From the NCBI GenBank assembly GCA_903915225.1, contig CAIWSB010000109.1, positions 1 to 27,538 of the forward strand: a stretch of DNA of 27,538 nt, written 5' to 3'. Positions 1 through 7,172 of this stretch are shown here, in pieces. The position numbers and the translations under genes were made by a program. The notes below the pieces were generated by a model. That model made no database searches. It worked only from the letters and a program-made list of their open reading frames with translations, and had not been told where the DNA came from. The DNA is from an uncultured Candidatus Woesearchaeota archaeon. GTDB taxonomy: Archaea > Nanobdellota > Nanobdellia > Woesearchaeales > B29-G15. How positions within the stretch are numbered: position 1 is the stretch's first letter; each line of letters begins with the position of its first letter.

Positions 1-94
1 GGATATAGTGAGCACTGAGAACCTTAGCTAATTTCTCAGCGAGGGTTGATTTTCCACACCCTAATGGTCCTCTAATAATAACATAATAACTCAT
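1..94 (-). CDS. P-loop NTPase / nucleotide-kinase-like protein, N-terminal 31 codons only (gene continues beyond window start)
   Basis: Minus-strand ATG at 92-94. Translation is MSYYVIIRGPLGCGKSTLAEKLAKVLSAHYI, with Walker A GPLGCGKST directly after the start, typical of small kinases/AAA-like NTPases. Not in the ORF track because it is truncated by the window edge. Confidence 0.4.
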   Translation of the reverse strand, partial: MSYYVIIRGPLGCGKSTLAEKLAKVLSAHYI

Positions 95-106
95 TGGTGG
101 CACTTT

Positions 107-619
107 TTATTTCCTTTTTTCAAACAACTTTTGCGCAGGGCAGCCAATCTCCCTTTGCCTGCAGTATTTGCATGCCAATTGGCTTCTTATTACCCCATTG
201 CCAAAAAAAGTTAGAATAAATAAAAGGATTACTAACGCTAGAAGGGTCCAATTGAAATTTCTTATCAAAATTATTATGCCCATAATTGCAGGGATTAAAG
301 AAATCAAGAAGTTGGGAATAATATCTTTCCAGGTCATCTGTTTATTGCAAAATTTTTTTGGGTTTCCTTTTTTGAAGAAAATACTGCTTATCATACCTTT
401 GCCAAATGCGCATGTTTTTCCATAATAATAGCAGTCAGTGCAATGCCTTATTATTAATCGGAATTCCTGGATTCCGATGAAGATTAAGTATAAAATTAAC
501 CAAATAAGCCCCAGTTGATAAATTATGAATGCCCCAATTAAATAAATTAATATTGATACAAGATTTGAAGAAAATACTATTCCTACCGGGTAATTTTCAA
601 AATTTTTCTCTTTTTTCAT
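107..619 (-). CDS. hypothetical Cys-rich integral membrane protein
   Basis: 170-aa ORF with 3-4 hydrophobic helices separated by loops carrying CxxC...C clusters (CTDCYYYGKTCAFGKG; CKYCRQREIGC). Very AT-rich codon usage. No family assignment possible by eye. Confidence 0.5.
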   Translation of the reverse strand: MKKEKNFENYPVGIVFSSNLVSILIYLIGAFIIYQLGLIWLILYLIFIGIQEFRLIIRHCTDCYYYGKTCAFGKGMISSIFFKKGNPKKFCNKQMTWKDIIPNFLISLIPAIMGIIILIRNFNWTLLALVILLFILTFFGNGVIRSQLACKYCRQREIGCPAQKLFEKRK

Positions 620-860
620 TAGTCATCTCCTCTTTTTATAAATAGTTTTTTTTGGTTTAAATATCTTTGTTAAATTGGCTAGTTTTAGTCAACCACAAGG
701 ATTACCCTCCTCGAGAGTTGTTTAAAAATCCGACTGACTTAGTTTAAATAAAACATATACTAAACTCCCATAATATTTATATAGTGTATATAATACAATA
801 ATTAATAGTAAAAGAAACACAATCAAGACATAAACAAGTTCAAACAGGGGGGAGGGAAAA

Positions 861-1739
861 ATGCTAGGAATACAATATTTTAAGGCTGAACCTACAGAAT
901 TCGCAAGAATCAAGGTTGGAGGGAAGGTTAAGAAGGAAGGCGAGGGAATCTCTGGATTTTATATGCCTTTCAAGACGACTATTGAAATGGTCTCGATAGC
1001 ATTTAATGACCAGCCATTTTCATTTCAAGAATTTAGTAAAGATAACCAGGAGATAAGCCTTCAAGGGGGATTTGTTTATAGGATTGCTGACCCAAGGATT
1101 GCAATAGGTAAGTACAACTTCTCTATTGATCCAAGAACGAAGCATTATCAGACCGATGACACAAGAAAATTCCCAGAGCATGTATTGCAGTTAGTCCGAA
1201 GTGAAGCCAGGAAAGTGATTCAGGCAACACCTTTGGAGCAATTGTTGATCATGGGGGAGGATTTGGCTCAAAAGGTTACAAAATCCTTGACTGATATGGG
1301 AATCGCCACTCAGGTTGGAATTGATTTCAAGACCTTATACTTCGAGGCAATCCGGCCTAGGCCTGAAATTGCCAAGGCATTGGAAGCAAATTACAGGGAG
1401 GGCCTTCTTCAAAAGGCTGATGAAGCCATTTATGGGAGGCGCGCACTGGCTGTGGAAAAGGAAAGGGCAATCCAAGAAAATGAGATGAAGACCAAGATTG
1501 AGATAGAACAGAAAAGAAAGCAGCTTGTGGATTTGGAAGGGGCAAATATCCTTAAAACTGCAGATTACAAGGCGCAGGCGACAAGGAAAGAACTTGCCGC
1601 GTATGACGGGGTGGGCCCAGACATGATTGTAGCCCAGGCATTGCTGAGGCTTGGCGAAAATGCAGCCAGGATTGGAAACCTGACCATAACCCCCGAGATA
1701 TTGGCGGGGATAATGAATGGAGTAAGAACATCCAAGTAA
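861..1739 (+). CDS. SPFH / band-7 (stomatin-prohibitin-flotillin-like) domain protein
   Basis: 292 aa. Strong Shine-Dalgarno-like GGGGGGAGGG 5 nt upstream of the ATG. N-terminal SPFH-like core (…FNDQPFSFQEFSKDNQEISLQGGFVYRIADP…) followed by a long charged, EA/K-rich coiled-coil segment (EKERAIQENEMKTKIEIEQKRKQL), as in flotillin/YqiK-type proteins. Confidence 0.7.
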   Translation: MLGIQYFKAEPTEFARIKVGGKVKKEGEGISGFYMPFKTTIEMVSIAFNDQPFSFQEFSKDNQEISLQGGFVYRIADPRIAIGKYNFSIDPRTKHYQTDDTRKFPEHVLQLVRSEARKVIQATPLEQLLIMGEDLAQKVTKSLTDMGIATQVGIDFKTLYFEAIRPRPEIAKALEANYREGLLQKADEAIYGRRALAVEKERAIQENEMKTKIEIEQKRKQLVDLEGANILKTADYKAQATRKELAAYDGVGPDMIVAQALLRLGENAARIGNLTITPEILAGIMNGVRTSK

Positions 1740-1751
1740 TAAAGCAGCAAA

Positions 1752-2678
1752 ATGGAACCGGATAAAATAGTTGTTGTTAAAAGGCAAACGCCGCTTGAGG
1801 AGCTGTTAGTGAGGCATTCCACAACTTCTCAAGCAAAATTTTATTTAGAGGCAGCCGGGCATTCCTATAAATATTATGAGGAAGCCCACAACACTTACAG
1901 GGAAGGCCTTAGAACGACTTTGAGTTCCATTCCATTAAGAATAAGAAATCAGACGATAGACAAGCGAGAGCTCTCCACATTCCAATTTGGTAATAATGAC
2001 CTGGTTGTTGTGGTGGGTGACGACGGTTTACTTGTGAATGTCGCAAAATATATCGGAAAACAGCCGGTCATCTCAGTTAATCCAGACGAGCAGAGATTTG
2101 ACGGGGTTTTGGCTTCCTGTAATGTGCAAAATTTCCCCCAAACCCTAAAACAGGTCTTAGAAGATAAGATGGAAATACAATACTTGACAATGGCAGAGGC
2201 AAGGTTGGATGATGGCCAGACTATAAGGGCACTTAACGACCTGTTTGTTGGTAGAAGAACACATGTATCTGCAAAGTACGAATTAAGTTATAAGGATGCG
2301 CGGGAAAGGCAGTCTTCAAGTGGAATTATAGTTTCCACTGGAACAGGCTCAACAGGTTGGATGACTTCTGTAATGGTGGGCGCGCGGGTAATTGCCAATG
2401 GCGAAGTCATGAGAACAGAAACAGTGCCATTCCAAAGAGATGCCGACTATCTATTATTTGCTGTTAGAGAGCCATTCCCTTCTAAAGTGACTGGAACAAG
2501 TCAAGTTTATGGAAAAGTGACTAGAGGCAATCCTTTGACAATCAGGTCCGATATGCCTGCTGACGGGGTTATATTTGGGGATGGTGTTGAAAGTGACTAT
2601 CTAGAGTTTAATTCAGGCAGAACCGCGACTATTCAGCCATCTGAAAACAAGGTTTCTCTTGTTAAGAAAGTAGGGTAA
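1752..2678 (+). CDS. ATP-NAD kinase superfamily protein (NadK-like; divergent GDDGL in place of canonical GGDGT)
   Basis: 308 aa, 12 nt downstream of the SPFH gene. Motifs LVVVVGDDGLLVNVAKYI (GGDGT-region equivalent), ALNDLFV (NE/D motif) and SSGIIVSTGTGSTGWMTS (matches NadK [21 protein letters not shown]). Confidence 0.6.
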   Translation: MEPDKIVVVKRQTPLEELLVRHSTTSQAKFYLEAAGHSYKYYEEAHNTYREGLRTTLSSIPLRIRNQTIDKRELSTFQFGNNDLVVVVGDDGLLVNVAKYIGKQPVISVNPDEQRFDGVLASCNVQNFPQTLKQVLEDKMEIQYLTMAEARLDDGQTIRALNDLFVGRRTHVSAKYELSYKDARERQSSSGIIVSTGTGSTGWMTSVMVGARVIANGEVMRTETVPFQRDADYLLFAVREPFPSKVTGTSQVYGKVTRGNPLTIRSDMPADGVIFGDGVESDYLEFNSGRTATIQPSENKVSLVKKVG

Positions 2679-2956
2679 GTTTATGCTTTCCTTAACTTCA
2701 AGCTGCGAATATTTGAACCGGGCGTCTCCTCTTCACATGTAACCAATGGATGGTTGCGTATTTAAGGGGGCTGACGCGGGTTCGGCCACTTCTTATAGGT
2801 TAAAATCTTGGCTCAAGAGGGTTCTTTGCATACCGCAGAATACACATTAAAAAACACATTTTGTAAAATACTAATGATAAAATCTAAAAGTTTAAATACA
2901 GTGAATATCAGAAAGAACCCTACATTTTGGGGTAGGAAAATAAATTTGCCCAATAT

Positions 2957-3415
2957 ATGGGGGATTTTAGCGTGAAATGTCCACTCTGCGGTAATGGCGA
3001 TACAGGCGTTGTAGATTCCCGATTGACTGGGGATTCGGTCTGGCGCAGGCGCGAGTGCCCAAAATGCAGCCGCAGGTTTACTACCTACGAGCGGGCGGAG
3101 CTTGAGATATTTGTTGTGAAAAAGGATGGCCGGCGGGAGCCTTACAAGAAGGAAAAGCTCCTCTCTGGCATACTGAAAGCCACGGAGAAACGCCCCATTG
3201 CCCTTGAGCAGATAAACAAGCTCGTGGAAAGCGTGGAGCAGCAGATACGCGGGCGCGGGAAGCTGGAGGTTCCATCGACCTACATTGGGGACATTGTCAT
3301 GAGGAAGCTAAAGAGGCTGGACGAGGTGGCATACATCAGGTTTGCCTCAGTTTATAGGCAATTCAAGGACGTTGCCTCGTTCCAGACAGAATTAAAGAGG
3401 TTGAAACAGGGGTAG
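2957..3415 (+). CDS. nrdR: transcriptional repressor NrdR (zinc ribbon + ATP-cone)
   Basis: 152-aa ORF. KCPLCG…CPKCSRRF zinc-ribbon followed by an ATP-cone (VVKKDGRREPYKKEKLLSGILKA…). The canonical NrdR N-terminus MKCPFC suggests the real start may be the GTG at 2972 (GGGGGA SD-like 8 nt upstream) rather than the ATG at 2957. Located 5 nt upstream of nrdJ. Confidence 0.85.
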   Translation: MGDFSVKCPLCGNGDTGVVDSRLTGDSVWRRRECPKCSRRFTTYERAELEIFVVKKDGRREPYKKEKLLSGILKATEKRPIALEQINKLVESVEQQIRGRGKLEVPSTYIGDIVMRKLKRLDEVAYIRFASVYRQFKDVASFQTELKRLKQG

Positions 3416-3420
3416 AGAGA

Positions 3421-5688
3421 ATGGTAATTACATTCAAAAACGTAGACAGGCAATTTTCAGAGAACGCTCTCAAAGTGCTCACCAGCAGATACCTGAGGAA
3501 AGATGCTGAAGGCAAGGTCATCGAGACTCCAACCCAGATGTTCACCCGTGTGGCTATTGACATTGCCAAGGCTGGCGAGGCTTACGGTGAGGATTGGGAG
3601 CATGACGCCGCGGAATTCTTCAAAATACTAACCTCTTTTGAGTTCCTGCCCAATTCACCTACGCTTATGAATGCGGGAACGGAGATGCAGCAGCTCTCTG
3701 CCTGCTTTGTCCTCCCTGTTGAGGATGACATGAGCAGTATTTTTGATGCCATAAAGAACACTGCCCTGGTGCACCAGAGTGGCGGCGGCACGGGATTTTC
3801 ATTCTCAAAACTAAGGCCAATAGGAGACCGAGTGAAATCAACAGGCGGGATTGCCTCTGGCCCCATGTCATTCATGAAGGTTTTTGATGCTGCCACAGAC
3901 ACTATTAAACAGGGTGGCAAGCGCCGGGGGGCAAACATGGGCGTGCTGTCAGTTCATCATCCGGATATTTTGGCCTTTATCCAGACCAAGAAAGATGAGG
4001 ACACACTCACCAACTTCAATATTTCTGTGGGCATAACTGATGCTTTCATGAAGGCTCTTGAGAAAGACGAGGAGTATGAGCTAATCAACCCTAGGACCAA
4101 AAAGGTTCAACTAAAGCTGCTGGCAAAGGAGGTTTTTGACAAGATTGTGGAGATGGCCTGGTTAAATGGTGAGCCCGGTATACTTTTCATGGACAGGATT
4201 AACAAGGATAATCCCACCCCGGCGTTAGGGCAAATTGAGGCAACAAATCCCTGCGGTGAGCAACCCCTCTTGGGGTTTGAATCATGCAATCTAGGGCATA
4301 TAAATCTCAATAAAGTGGTTACTGGAAAAGATGGGGAAGCCAAGATTGATTTTGATAAACTCGAAAAGCTAGTTTTCCTAGGCGTCAAATTCCTTGATAA
4401 TGTCATCGATAGGGGAAGGTTTCCGATACCGCAAATTGAGCAGATGACCAGGGGCAACCGCAAGATTGGCTTAGGGATTATGGGTTTCCATGACCTCCTG
4501 ATAAAGATGGGGATTTCCTACAAGTCCCCTGAGGCCGTTAAGGTTGCTGAAAAGCTCATGACATTCATAGGGAAATCAGCCAAGCAGGCCTCAGAAAAGC
4601 TTGCCGAGAAGCGCGGGAATTTCCCAAACTGGGAAAAGTCCGTCTATGCAGGGAAGAGGCACATGAGGAATGCCACTGTTACAACCATTGCCCCTACGGG
4701 CACAACAAGCATAATTGCCAATGCAAGCCAGGGCATCGAGCCTTTATTCAGTGTTGCTTATCATAGGAATGTTAAGCACTCATTGGGGGAGCAGTTGTAC
4801 GAGGTTAACGAGCTGTTCCTAACATTAGCCCATGAGCATGGTTTTTACTCAAAGGAGCTGATGGACAAGGTTGCTGCGAATAATTCCATCCAGGGAATTG
4901 AAGAGATCCCTGAAAACATCCGGAAGCTTTTTGTGACAGCCCATGACATTACACCAGATGAGCACGTCAGGATTCAGGCAGCGTTCCAGAGGTTTACTGA
5001 CAATGCAGTGTCAAAGACAGTTAATTTCCCTAACAATGCCACTAAGGATGACATCCGTGAGGTCTATATGCTGGCCTACAAGCTGGGATGCAAGGGTGTG
5101 ACTGTTTATCGGGACGGAAGCAGAAAGTTCCAGGTGCTCTCAACCAAAAAGCAGGAATACGGCAAGCAGAGCGAAGTATTAAGGCCGATGAACAGGCCGC
5201 CCATTACTCATGGGGCAACAATAGAGATGAAGACAGGCTGTGACGGGCTTTACGTGACTGTAAACCAGGATGAGGATGGCAGGCTTTTCGAGACATTTGC
5301 CCAGATGGGCAAGACAGGCGGATGCATTACCTCATTTACAGAAGCAATTGGCCGTTTAATATCTCTCTCACTAAGGTCAGGTATCGAACCAAAGTATGTT
5401 GTTAAGCAATTGCGCGGAATCCGATGCCCGAGGCCAACTGTTGGTGTTGGGGGCACGGTAACGAGCTGTGCAGATGCAATTGCCCGTGCGCTTGAGATTT
5501 ACATAAGTGGCGAGGCCAACCTGAAGCAGACAAAGATTGACACCTTTGCAGAGCCAGACAAGAAGCAGGGCATGGCCCGCATAATCGAGAAGGGAATGGC
5601 ACCCGAATGCCCAGAGTGCGGGGCGCTCTTAAGCCTCGTTGAGGGCTGCATTGTATGCCCCCTCTGCGGCTATTCCCAGTGCGGTTAA
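3421..5688 (+). CDS. nrdJ: adenosylcobalamin-dependent (class II) ribonucleotide reductase with C-terminal Cys4 zinc ribbon
   Basis: 755 aa. RNR signatures: LPNSPTLMNAG, SACFVLPVEDDMSSIFDAIKNTALVHQSGGGTGFSFSKLRP, EATNPCGEQPLLGFESCNLGHINL. C-terminal CPECG…CIVCPLCG zinc ribbon, common in NrdJ. Co-oriented with nrdR and a cobalamin adenosyltransferase gene. Confidence 0.9.
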   Translation: MVITFKNVDRQFSENALKVLTSRYLRKDAEGKVIETPTQMFTRVAIDIAKAGEAYGEDWEHDAAEFFKILTSFEFLPNSPTLMNAGTEMQQLSACFVLPVEDDMSSIFDAIKNTALVHQSGGGTGFSFSKLRPIGDRVKSTGGIASGPMSFMKVFDAATDTIKQGGKRRGANMGVLSVHHPDILAFIQTKKDEDTLTNFNISVGITDAFMKALEKDEEYELINPRTKKVQLKLLAKEVFDKIVEMAWLNGEPGILFMDRINKDNPTPALGQIEATNPCGEQPLLGFESCNLGHINLNKVVTGKDGEAKIDFDKLEKLVFLGVKFLDNVIDRGRFPIPQIEQMTRGNRKIGLGIMGFHDLLIKMGISYKSPEAVKVAEKLMTFIGKSAKQASEKLAEKRGNFPNWEKSVYAGKRHMRNATVTTIAPTGTTSIIANASQGIEPLFSVAYHRNVKHSLGEQLYEVNELFLTLAHEHGFYSKELMDKVAANNSIQGIEEIPENIRKLFVTAHDITPDEHVRIQAAFQRFTDNAVSKTVNFPNNATKDDIREVYMLAYKLGCKGVTVYRDGSRKFQVLSTKKQEYGKQSEVLRPMNRPPITHGATIEMKTGCDGLYVTVNQDEDGRLFETFAQMGKTGGCITSFTEAIGRLISLSLRSGIEPKYVVKQLRGIRCPRPTVGVGGTVTSCADAIARALEIYISGEANLKQTKIDTFAEPDKKQGMARIIEKGMAPECPECGALLSLVEGCIVCPLCGYSQCG

Positions 5689-5691
5689 CTA

Positions 5692-6180
5692 ATGGGTAAG
5701 ACACACATCTACATAGGGGATGGGAAGGGCAAGACAACAGCAGCAGTGGGTTTTGCCTGCAGATCCAGCGGCGCCGGTTTAAAAGTTCTCTTTATACAAT
5801 TCATGAAGGATGCCAGCAGCTCTGAAATCCCCCAGCTAGCAAAACTGGGCGTTGAATGCAAGGGATTTGGCAGGAGAGGGTTTGTCTCAGTGCCTGGCCC
5901 TGAAGATATTGCCCTGGCCCAGCGTGGGCTGGCCTTTGTGGCAAGAGAGCTCAGGAATTTTGATGTGGTTATTCTTGATGAGGCCTTGACAGCCTCAACA
6001 ATTGGACTCATCACTCCAGGCGAGCTGATTCAATTCTTCGGTATACCTCAAGATTTGGTGCTGACTGGCAGGCATGCACCTAAGGAAATGATAGACCTTG
6101 CGGATTATGTTTCCGAAGTAAGAAAGGTGAAGCACCCATTTGACCACGGGCAAAAGGCCAGGCGCGGGGTTGAGTTCTAG
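5692..6180 (+). CDS. cobA: ATP:cob(I)alamin adenosyltransferase, CobA/CobO/BtuR type
   Basis: 162 aa. N-terminal HIYIGDGKGKTTAAVGFACR is the CobA-type modified P-loop (GxGKGKTTAA); later DVVILDE…T. The start lies 4 nt after the nrdJ stop, so the two are probably co-transcribed. Confidence 0.75.
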   Translation: MGKTHIYIGDGKGKTTAAVGFACRSSGAGLKVLFIQFMKDASSSEIPQLAKLGVECKGFGRRGFVSVPGPEDIALAQRGLAFVARELRNFDVVILDEALTASTIGLITPGELIQFFGIPQDLVLTGRHAPKEMIDLADYVSEVRKVKHPFDHGQKARRGVEF

Positions 6181-6929
6181 TCGTCAAAGTATTCCATCTG
6201 GCTCTGGGATTTTGACATCCTTAGGAAGAACCCGTAGAATATAATCTTCAATGGGAAAATAAACCTGCCTTTCTTGTCAAACCGCCTGGTTGAAACAAGA
6301 ACGCGCACGTTGCGCAGCACACCATACTTGCCTGCCTTGAAGGCGCTGTACACAAAATCAGAATCCTCAAATGCCTTGACTTTCTCGTCAAAGCCATTTA
6401 TCTTGTCAAAAACAGCCCTTGTGGCAATTATGCAGGTTCCCGTAGCAAGTGGAAACCTGAAGAGCCTTGACGCACGGAGCGAAAAGTTGTGGGTGACATA
6501 AATGAGCCGGTCGCAAAAGCGTATCAGGGCATTCTTGTAGCCCTTTTCCCCAGCACGGTAGAATGGAATATTTGGGCAGGTGGCTGCTTCCAATCCCCTT
6601 GCCTTCATTTCCCTAATTGCCGTCTCAATGAATTTCTTATCAATGGAAACATCAGCATCCAGGAAGAAGATGATTGAGTCCTTCGGGCATGCTCTGGCTC
6701 CCGCGTTCCTGCCCTTGGCTGGGAGCCCGCCTTGCACGACCTCAACATTTAGCCTCTTTTGGCGCTTCCTTATCTCGCCAACAGTGCCGTCCTTGGAGCC
6801 CGCATCAGCAACAAAAACCCATGTTGGCTTTACAGTTTGAGCTGACAGGTCATCAAGCACAGTTGAGATATAGCGCTGCTCGTTCAGGCAGGGTATAACG
6901 ACGCATGGCTTGTCGTATTTTGCTTTCAT
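6177..6929 (-). CDS. family 2 (GT-A) glycosyltransferase
   Basis: The ORF-track entry 6177..7103 is trimmed to the internal ATG at 6929 (MKAKYDKPCVVIPCLNEQRYISTVLDDL…), which gives the canonical GT2 N-terminus; DXD motif FLDADV. The upstream 174 nt of the ORF overlaps a structured intergenic element and is not GT2-like. The stop overlaps the cobA stop on the opposite strand (CTAG). Confidence 0.75.
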   Translation of the reverse strand: MKAKYDKPCVVIPCLNEQRYISTVLDDLSAQTVKPTWVFVADAGSKDGTVGEIRKRQKRLNVEVVQGGLPAKGRNAGARACPKDSIIFFLDADVSIDKKFIETAIREMKARGLEAATCPNIPFYRAGEKGYKNALIRFCDRLIYVTHNFSLRASRLFRFPLATGTCIIATRAVFDKINGFDEKVKAFEDSDFVYSAFKAGKYGVLRNVRVLVSTRRFDKKGRFIFPLKIIFYGFFLRMSKSQSQMEYFDD

Positions 6930-7012
6930 AATTCCCAGTTCATAGATTCCGTTATATAAATATTGCGTCGGGAATGGGTTTTGGAGGAGAAAAAAATATT
7001 TTGAGTGTAAAG

Positions 7013-7112
7013 GCAGCAACAATAATGGCGGCCTAAGGTCATTTGCTGAGGCAAATGCCATATTCGCCAACCCGGAGGAGGCATCCCCCGGCTTCGGCGC
7101 CATTGTTGCTGC
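7013..7112. other. structured ~100-nt element between divergent GT2 and epimerase genes (possible ncRNA or cis-regulatory RNA leader)
   Basis: gcagcaacaa(taa)tggcg at 7013-7030 pairs with cgccattgttgctgc at 7098-7112, a 15-bp stem with a 3-nt bulge. It encloses a perfect 7-bp hairpin CATTTGC-TGAG-GCAAATG and a GC-rich CCGGAGGAGGCATCCCCCGG segment. GC content is much higher than in the flanking AT-rich DNA. Confidence 0.35.
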
Positions 7113-7172
7113 TTAAATTCGGGGCTTAAATCACCAAATATTATTTAAATCAACCCGCTTTGTTCTCTTGAA

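Noticed and set aside
722-913. 63-aa ORF in the AT-rich spacer upstream of the SPFH gene
   Set aside because: It lies in a ~25%-GC promoter region, overlaps the SD and start of the SPFH gene, and encodes a low-complexity I/L/Y-rich peptide. Likely spurious.
2690-2830. tRNA or cobalamin riboswitch in the long spacer upstream of nrdR
   Set aside because: No acceptor/T-arm cloverleaf: the GGTTCGG and GGTTCAAAT strings lack complementary stems. Only fragmentary resemblance to the B12 element (AAGGG…GCCACT), with no GGTGAAA core and no pairing partners. Class II RNR genes are also not typical riboswitch targets.
3582-5737. Multiple 60-120-aa antisense ORFs inside nrdJ (3582..3938, 3665..3871, 4107..4463, 5250..5456, 5402..5737)
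   Set aside because: They lie entirely within a confidently identified, motif-rich RNR gene on the opposite strand. Their products are Pro/Ser/Arg-rich and low-complexity, as expected from reading a moderately GC coding strand in reverse.
6930-7103. 174-nt N-terminal extension of the GT2 ORF (ORF-track call 6177..7103)
   Set aside because: The extension translates to a low-complexity, non-GT2 peptide and runs through a strongly structured GC-rich inverted-repeat element. The internal ATG at 6929 gives the canonical GT2 N-terminus (MKAKYDKPCVVIPCLNE). The extension is treated as non-coding.
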